From NCBI RefSeq assembly GCF_009914755.1, contig NC_060930.1: a stretch of DNA of 64,000 nucleotides; one strand, written 5' to 3'. The position numbers and the translations under genes are program-made. Each line of letters starts with the position of its first letter. Position 1 is the first letter of the stretch. Source of the stretch: the human T2T-CHM13v2.0 reference genome, Homo sapiens. Below the pieces are notes generated by a model. The model had not been told where the DNA came from and did not search any database. It saw only the letters and a list, made by a program, of their open reading frames with translations. Of this stretch, positions 55,230 through 64,000 are shown one piece after another.

Positions 55230-55710
55230 GTCCTACCCACATCTCATTTACCCTTGGGGTATTTGTTTAAGCATTTATCTCTCATTTCACAGAAAACATA
55301 AACGCTAAAAGGTGAAGTGCCTTACCCAGGTTCATGTAACAGATAGGAAATGACAAAGCAATTGCAAGTTACATCAGAACAGACATCTAGCTAAACACAA
55401 CCTGCTATTCTTCTAAGACTTTCTAGTGGAAACAGCTCTACGTTCGAAGTGAGAAGGTTATTGGTGTTACCTTGGGCAAGTCACTAAATTTATCAGTATC
55501 TAACTACTTTTTTATTTGGAAAGGGAGATAAAAGTAAATGTCTCAAAGTGTCTGGTAAGGGATAAATATCATTTTATTCACCTCATTTCCCCAAAGCCTA
55601 GCAAAATCACAGTAGGCAAGTTTAAACATCACGTGGCTAAATAAAATAACAGACGGATGGACACAAATGGTTTGCAAACCGTGAAGCACTATGTATTGAG
55701 GCTATTACTT
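55230..55710. mobile_element. MIR fragments (minus, then plus), with a small L2-like piece
   Basis: catttcacagaaaa...aggtgaagtgccttacccagg; gttaccttgggcaagtcactaaa. Confidence 0.55.
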
Positions 55711-55760
55711 TACATGAGTCTGCCCATTTACAGAAAACCTCCCGGTGTGGATGGGCCTAA

Positions 55761-56015
55761 CGTATTAGTTTTCTATTGCTGATATAACTAATTATGGCAG
55801 CTTAAAACACAAAAGTTATTATCATACATTTTGTGAGTTAAAAGTTCAGCACAGGTCTGCCTAGTCTGAAATCAAGGTTCAAGCCTAGTGCTGCATTCCT
55901 TTCTGGAGACTCTAAGGAGGACTCTTTCCCCTTCTTTTTTACAGCTTCTAGAGGCCACCCACATTCCTTGATTCATGGAACTCTTCCTCCATATTCAAAA
56001 CCAGCAATATTGTAC
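55761..56015 (-). mobile_element. MLT1C/D-like LTR, truncated by the adjacent L1
   Basis: gtattagttttctattgctg...gctgcattcctttctggagactcta...cagcttctagaggccacccacattccttg. Confidence 0.8.
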
Positions 56016-56019
56016 CCTT

Positions 56020-58697
56020 TGATGATAAAAACACTCAACAAATTAGAGATGGAAAGAAATTATCTCAACCCACAGCTAACATTATACTCAATGGTGAAGA
56101 GTTGAAAGCCTGTTCTAGAAGATCAGGAAAAGGCAAAGATGCCCACTCTCTCCACTTCTATCCAACATGGTACTGGAAGTCCTAGCCAGAACAAGTAGAC
56201 AATAAGAAGAAATAAAAGAAATCCCAATTGGAAAGGAAGAAGTAAAACTTTCTCTGCTCACATATGACATGTTCTCATGTATAGGAAACCCTCCAAGATT
56301 CCACTCCCCTACAAAAAACTGTAAGAACTAGTAAATAAATTCAGCAAAAACCACAGTACATAATATCAACATACAAAAATCAGTAGCATTTCTAAACATG
56401 AAAAATCAGAAAAGGCAACAATCCCATTTAAAATAGCATCAAAAAGAATAAAATACTTAAAAATAAACTTAAGGAGGTAAAAGATTTGTAAACTGAAAAC
56501 TACAAAATGTTGCTGAAAGAAATAAGTAAATGGAAAGATATTCTCTGTTTACGGATTTGAAGACTTAATATTGTTAAAATATCCACACTACCCAAAGATA
56601 TCTACAGATCCAATGTAATCCTGATCAAAATCCCAATGACATATTTTTGCAGAAATATAAAGACCAAACTGAAATTCACCTTGAATCTCAAAGGCCCCTG
56701 AATAGCCAAACAATCTTAAGAAAGAAAAACAAAGCTAGAAGCCTCACACTTCCTGATTTCAAAACATAGTGTCAAGGCTACTGTTTTAGTCTGCTCAGGC
56801 TACTACAACAAAAAACCATACACTCGGTGGCTTAAACAATGGAAATTTATTTTCTTACAGTTCTGGGGAATCGGATGTCCGAGATCAAGATGCCAGCTCA
56901 TTCAGTTCCTGATGAGGGTTCTCTACCTGGTTTGTAGACAGTTGCTATCTCCCTGTGCATTCCCATGACCTCATCTTTGTGCACGTGTGAAGAGAGAGAG
57001 CTCTGGTTTCTCTTCCTCGTCTTGTAGGAGCATCAGCCCTATCGAGTTAGGTCCCCATATTTATGACCTTATTTAACCTTTGTAATCTCTTCACAGGCCC
57101 TGTCTCCAAAGACAGTTGCCTTGGGTGTTACGGCTTCAACATATGAATTTGGAGGAGAAACAAACATTCCATTCATAACAGCTACAATAATCAAAACCAT
57201 ATGGCACTGACATAAAAAACAGAAATATAGACAAATGAAACAGAATAGAAAACCCAGAAACAAAACCTCAGATATATGGTCAAATTATCTTCAACAAGGG
57301 CACCAAGGCTACAAAATGAAGAAAGAACAGTTTATTCAACAGATAGTTTTGGGGAAATTGAATAACCGCAACCAAAAGAATGAACTTCTACTTTATCTTA
57401 TACCATATACAAAAATTAACTCAAAATGGATTAAGGAAATAAACATAAGGCCAGAAATTATAAAACTTCCACAAGAAAACATGGAGGAAAATCTTCATGG
57501 CATTGGATTTGGCAATAATTTCTTGGATATGACACAAAAACACAAGCAACAAAAGCAAAAATAGACAAATGGGTCTATATCAAACTTAAAGCTTCTGCAC
57601 AGCAAAGGAAACAATTAAAAGAGTGAAAAGGCAATACATGGAATGGGAAAAGGTATTTGCAAATCACATATCTGATAAGAGTTTAATATCCAGAATATAT
57701 AAAAGACTCTTACAACTCAACAACAGCAAAATAACCCAATAAAATATTAGGAAAATGACTTGAATAGAGATTTCTCCAAAGACTACATGCAACCAATGGA
57801 TAATGAGCATTTAAAAAGATGCTCAATATTACTATCATCAGGAAAATGCAAATCAAAGCCACAGTGAGACATAACCTCACATTCGTTAGGATGCCCACCC
57901 TCAGATTTGTAGAAATTGGAACCCTGGTGCTCTCCAGGTGAAAATGCGAAATGGTGAAGCTGTTATGGAAAATAGTATGAAGTTTCCTCAAAAATGGAAC
58001 TACCATATTATTCCACAGTCCCACTTTTGGGTATATATCCAAAAGAATTTAAAGTGGGATCTAAAAGAGATTATTTGCACACCCATGTTCATTGAATCTT
58101 GTCTATCTCTTTAGCCAAGAGATAGAAGCAACCTAAATGTCCATCAACAAATGAATGGATAAAGAAAATGTGGTATAAGCATACAATGAAATATTATAAA
58201 GCCTTTAAAAAGAAGAAAATCTTATCATATGCAACAACATGAATGAAACCTGAGAACATTGAGTTAAATAGGCCAGTCACAAGACAACAAATACTGCATG
58301 ATTCTACTTATTTGAGTATCTAAAATAGTCAAGCTCTTAGAAAGTAGAATGGTGGTTACCAGGGGCTGGAGATTGTGGGTAAGGGGGACAGTGGCTGAGA
58401 TTAGGGAGATGTTAGCCAAAGACTAGAAAGTTTCAGTTAGACAGGATGAATAAATTCTAGAGATCAATTGCAAGCATGGTAACTATAGTTAATAATAATG
58501 CTTTGTACACTTGAAAATTGCCAAGAGAATAGATCTACAATGTTCTCACCACAGAAAAAAGACACTAGATAAGGTGTGACGGGTATGTAATATCTTGATT
58601 GTGGTAATCATTTTACAATGCATAAGTAAGTCAAAATATCACGATGTACCACAAATATATATAATTTTTGTTTGTCAATTATACCTCAATAAAAAAC
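56020..58697 (+). mobile_element. 5'-truncated L1MA7-9-like element (RT to 3'UTR)
   Basis: Degenerate ORF2 (KINSKWIK...IRPE.IKL..EN) and L1MA 3'UTR ending tgtcaattatacctcaataaa. Confidence 0.85.
56782..57180 (-). mobile_element. MLT1A/A0 solo LTR nested in L1MA
   Basis: tgttttagtctgctcaggct...aaacattccattcataaca; TSD gctac (56777-56781/57181-57185). Confidence 0.9.
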
Positions 58698-59010
58698 TTT
58701 TAAAAATATTTCAATGCTTAATAAAATTTCTATTTGTTATACATAAACATGAGTATGTATTAGTATATGCCTGTGTGTTTTATTTTAATCTATTTCACCA
58801 AAATATAGGTACAGTAAAATCAGTGACAAAGAAACAATAGTTTTCTTTTCTACATTTTCAGTCCTTTGTTCTATTCTCAGTAAACAAACCTAAGCACAGG
58901 AAATATGTTTTCTTTAAAAATGAGCAGACTATATTTCCAAGTGGACCTACCTATCCAAAAATGAGTCTTTATTCCACCACAGTCTTTCTCCCTACTCCAA
59001 TCAGACCAGT

Positions 59011-59215
59011 CTAAACCCACATTGTCCAATACTGTAACTATTAGCCACATGTGGCTATTTGAATTTAAATTAATCGAAATTTGATAAAATTAAAAATCCA
59101 GTTCCTCAATCACACTAGCAACATTTCAGGAATTCAATTACTACATGTAACTAATTGGCTACTCTGGTGAACAGCGCGGATAGAGAACATTTCCATCATC
59201 TCAGCAAATTTAACT
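59011..59215. mobile_element. MER3-like hAT-Charlie MITE
   Basis: ttgtccaata...tagccacatgtggctatttgaatttaaattaa...cagttcctcaatcacactagc...agaacatttccatcat. Confidence 0.8.
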
Positions 59216-59774
59216 GGTCTAAAGTAAAGAGCATATGGTATACATTATACATATAACACATATATAAACACTATGCAAATTCATACTAATTACTTTATAT
59301 AATTAGCTTCAGTTCCTCTGTTTTTCTGTCTTTTATATACCTCTGCTTTTGTGTCTTTTATACACCATGTTTCTCATGTTTAAATGGCATGTGACATATA
59401 TTTGCTCAACACATTTCAGGACTGTTTAATTTTTCTAGGATTGTGATAGAAACAGGGATTGAGTCAAACTGTTAGGATATGGCAGCTCAGTCCTCAGCAT
59501 TTCTTTCCAATGTGAACGTCTTTAAAAACTAAAAGGTAAACATACACAGATTTGGTGATAACAGGAAGTAAAAATAGGTCAGGGTGTTTTCGGCACTTTC
59601 TTCCTCCATAAAAAAATGTTAAGATAGGCAACATAATGACACCACCCACCAGGCTTTGAGAGACAATTTGACTCCATAAAAGGGTGGGAAATTCTTGACC
59701 CTCAAGAACATTGCCAAGAGAACAAAATAGAGACCAGGTGATATGGGATCCTAGAGTCTGAACTGAAATTGCTA

Positions 59775-60081
59775 GGCCAGGTGCGGTGGCTCACGCCTGT
59801 AATCCTAGCACTTGGAGCGGCCAAGGTGGGAGGATGACCTGAGGTCAGGAGTTCGAGACCAGCCTGGCCACCATGGTGAAACCCTGTCTCTACTAAAAAT
59901 ACAAAAATTAGCCTGGCGTGGTAGTGGGCACCTGTAATCCCAGCTACTCAGGAGACTGAGGCAGGAGAATCACTTGAACCCAGGAGTCGGAGGTTGCAGT
60001 GAGCCAAGATCACACCACTGAACTCCAGCCTGGGTGACAGAGTGAGACTCCGTCTCAAAAAAAAAAAAAAAAGAAAGAAAA
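59775..60081 (+). mobile_element. AluSx-like
   Basis: Full dimer; TSD gaaat(tg/ca)cta. Confidence 0.93.
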
Positions 60082-61009
60082 GAAATCACTAAAACAAAAA
60101 TTCACATATCTCCTAAGCAGCTCCAGATAGTAATGTGTATAAGACAATTAGGATTCCCTTCCTTCTGTGTCCTGACCAATCCTCACATATTTCTCCTTCA
60201 ACTCAATGGGACCACATTTATATGGTCAAGGACTCAAGGAACACATTAGGAGTATACAATGGGGCCACAGGGCAGGAGTCTCCCTTTTCATGTTCTGTTT
60301 TGAATTTCTTCCTTCTTCCAACCTAAAGGGAGACTAAATTCCCAGCTACATGATATAGTATTTGCTTTTCCTAGTTGATAACTAGAATAATATCAGAATA
60401 TTTAAAGATAAACTCCATACTCTCCCCAAACAGTTCAGTCAGGATTTCTTTTTGTAAGAGGTATTGGTTCATTTTCAGTTCCCTTCTACTACAAAGGCTT
60501 TTGAATATTCTCTGAGGCGCTTGTCTGTCATCATTGGAAAGAAGCAAAAGTACGGTGATTATGCCAAGAGGAGTAAAATGGCATTACTTAAATAATTCAC
60601 CTTTATGTCATGTAACCACACTAGCACTAAAGAAGACACAGAGAACAAAGACCTGGATGACACTTTTGCAGGTTGGTGAGAATTTAATCTCAGATTTCCG
60701 TAAAAGCCTTTTATCTTCTCCCACCCCCACCTTTTTCCCCCCAGCTGACCCAATTTAAAGCTACACGATCAGGTCAACTCAGCAGGAGATGCAGAAGGCA
60801 GAAAAACAGATTCTTATTCTTACAAATGGAGAGAGAGAGCCAGGAACCCAAGAGCTAAAGTCGAAGACCTTGGAGAAATGATTTTAAAGTTGGGGAAAAA
60901 ATAAAAGATGTTAGAAATCAATAAAGGTCAGAACCTTGATGTTTCTCTTTGGATAAAGGAAAAAAAACATTTATGTTATTTTTTGTGGTATCTGCATACA
61001 CAACACCTG

Positions 61010-61270
61010 AATTAATTAACTACGCACGTCACCTGTGCTGCACTAAGGCACTCTGACACAAATTGAGAGTATACAATTTGCCAGCACTTTACTTAGCAGT
61101 TAAATGTACTAAGGAACTAAATCCTCATCAAAACTCCTTATCGCCATCCCATTGTAGAAGTTGAAAAACTGAGTTGAAGCAACTTGCCCACAGCTAGAGG
61201 AGTTAGAATACCAGCTCAGGTGATTCAATTTCTGGCCCTCTGCACTTAACAGCTTTACTATACTTCACAT
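61010..61270 (-). mobile_element. MIR SINE
   Basis: atcccattgtagaagttgaaaaactgag...gaagcaacttgccca...tgcacttaac. Confidence 0.6.
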
Positions 61271-61283
61271 GACCACAAACCAC

Positions 61284-61490
61284 TGTTTTTTCAAAGAATG
61301 ACCAATGGACTAAGCCCATCCTAAGAATTGTCATTAAACAATAGTCTCGAGATACCCATCCCAGGCCAACTGAATCAGATTCTATGGGAATGGGACCTAG
61401 ATATCTGCATTTTTACAAACTCTTCAGGTGTTTCTGAAACATTCATAAGTATATACTTTAAAGTGTATAGTATTTAGGAAACAGTATGTA
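61284..61490. mobile_element. MER5A/B hAT MITE
   Basis: cccaggccaactgaatcagattctatgggaatgggacctagatatctgcatttttacaaactcttcaggtg. Confidence 0.75.
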
Positions 61491-61494
61491 CTAG

Positions 61495-61680
61495 ACCTCA
61501 AAAGCATAAGCACTGACTGAAAGCCAGGATGTCTGGGTTTAAATCTTTACTCTGCCATTCACTAGTTCTGTTAAACAAGTTATTTGATCTCTCTCTGTGC
61601 CTCAGTTTCTGCAGCTATATCATTTAATTGGTTTAACAGGCATCTGCCTATTCATGGTTGTAGGACTGTTCAGTGAATTT
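61495..61680 (+). mobile_element. MIR SINE
   Basis: tctgggtttaaatc...tctgccattcactag...caagttatttgatctctctctgtgcctcagtttc. Confidence 0.75.
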
Positions 61681-62664
61681 GTTTTTCACATTCATAGAGG
61701 ATATCAAAACGATGAATGATCAAAAGGACTGATAATTCTAAAATAATCAATGTTACAGTTTGTATGTGTTGCATTTGACTAAGAATTTGATATTCTCTTA
61801 ATCAATACCAAAATAAAACAAATGGTGTCAAATTGTGAAAAACTTTACTTTGAAAATGAACAAGGAAATGATGCAGTATCTTCATTTTGACTGTCTCTGA
61901 AATATATTTCTTCCCTGCCTCCTCATTCAGTTATTTCTTATAAACCACAATAAGCTGGTATATTCCTCTTTCTGTACTGACACTTGTTTATCTCATTGCT
62001 GCTATAGAACCTCTGGGGAGATTGAGATGAAAGGCACAGGAACAGGATGGAAAAGACAGACTGATAAAAATTCAAAAGAATATTTGTGTAGCAAATTACT
62101 TCAATGTATACAAAGTATACAGAATGTAAAGAGTCTATTAAACCAACACTTCTCTAAAATAGGTTTAGCTATAATAAAATGGAAGGCAAAATTTGCCACA
62201 CAATAATTAGCCCAAAGATAGAGAGGGAAGGTTTGATTGTCAAATAACTGAATCAGTTACTTCTTAGTACCAAGAAACTCAGCCTGTGTGAGGCTCTGAA
62301 TTTTGAAGGCGATGGTGGAAAATAAAGATATTTAACGCCTGAATAATAAGATTTACTATATATTACTAGATAAGTGTTGACCCCAAACAATTTTAGCATT
62401 AAAACAAAAGTCCAGTGTGTGCCAAACTCAGTAGATTCAAAAGACAACCTCAACAATTTCAAGAATCCCCAGGCTTTCCAACAACACTACATAGCTCTTC
62501 AACAGAGCTGCTCATTTTGTAATAATTAAAATAAAAGAGCAACATCTTGTCAGGACAAAGAGTCCAAGCAATGAGCTCCATTTCCACATCTGACAAATGA
62601 TTACCTCACACAAGAGCCTGCCAGAGAGCTTGACTCAAGTTCCTTCTTTATCCAAATGAGATGT

Positions 62665-62800
62665 TGTTACTAAAATGTAAGCTCCACAAGAACAGGAACC
62701 TTCTTTATTTTATTCACTCTTATATCTGGCTTTGACACAAATGGCTGGCACACACACACACAAAAGGCATTCAATAATTGTTAAATTGCTGAATGAATAC
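62665..62800 (+). mobile_element. L2 3' end
   Basis: aaatgtaagctccacaagaacaggaacc...ttattcact...ctggcaca...gaatgaat. Confidence 0.65.
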
Positions 62801-62941
62801 CATAGGTCTTAGACTTTTGCAGTTGTTCTTACATACTCAAAGTTGCAAGTTTACCTATTTAGATGTCAGTACAGATAAACAATATCTCCTTCTTTAACCA
62901 ACTTCATGGCTGGGAGGTTGTAAAGAAAATTAGAAAGCCTT

Positions 62942-63241
62942 GGCCAGGCGCAGTGGCTCACGCCTGTAATCCCAGCACTTTGGGAGGCCAAGGCGGGTGG
63001 ATCACAAGGTCAGGAGATCGAGATCATCCTGGCTAACATGGTGAGACCCCATTTCTACTAAAAAAAAAAGAAAAAAAAATTAGCCAGGCATGGTGATGGG
63101 TGCCTGTAGTCCCAGCTACTCGGGAGGCTGAGTCAGGAGAATGGCGTGAACCCGGGAGGCAGAGCTTGTAGTGAGCCGAGATCGCGCACTGCACTCCAGC
63201 CTGGGGCGAGAGCGAGACTCTGTCTCAAAAAAAAAAGAAAG
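62942..63241 (+). mobile_element. AluY
   Basis: gatcacaaggtcaggagatcgag, ggctaac, gaatggcgtgaacc; 20-bp TSD aaagaaaattagaaagcctt. Confidence 0.94.
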
Positions 63242-63318
63242 AAAGAAAATTAGAAAGCCTTAAGATCTGGTTCAGTCACACATGAACTACCCAAACCTGC
63301 GTTCAGTATTCAAAGTAA

Positions 63319-64000
<682 letters not shown>

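Overview
Primate, almost certainly human, AT-rich non-coding DNA (intronic or intergenic); a near-pristine AluYa5 is the species clue. No intact host protein-coding gene, RNA gene or CRISPR array is recognisable, and much of the window is transposon-derived. The centre is an 18.9-kb nest (26523-45412): an old L1MA inserted in an L2, itself split by a full-length L1PA4 (dead ORF1/ORF2 but open, extended antisense ORF0), a full-length L1PA16/17-like element, two Alus, a Tigger4 MITE and an L1MA 3' stub. Elsewhere are further Alus (nine in the window in total), solo LTRs, MIR/L2 relics, MADE1 and hAT MITEs, and microsatellites. The most noteworthy non-standard signals are: a well-formed symmetric 189-nt candidate exon (48598-48786); several very old RTE/L4-like endonuclease and RT relics; three DNA-repair or template-switch scars inside the L1 nest; and a tandem ZNF143/THAP11 motif outside any CpG island. 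I cannot support a genuinely new biological system. Subfamily names come from recalled consensus sequences, and the boundaries of old repeats are approximate.
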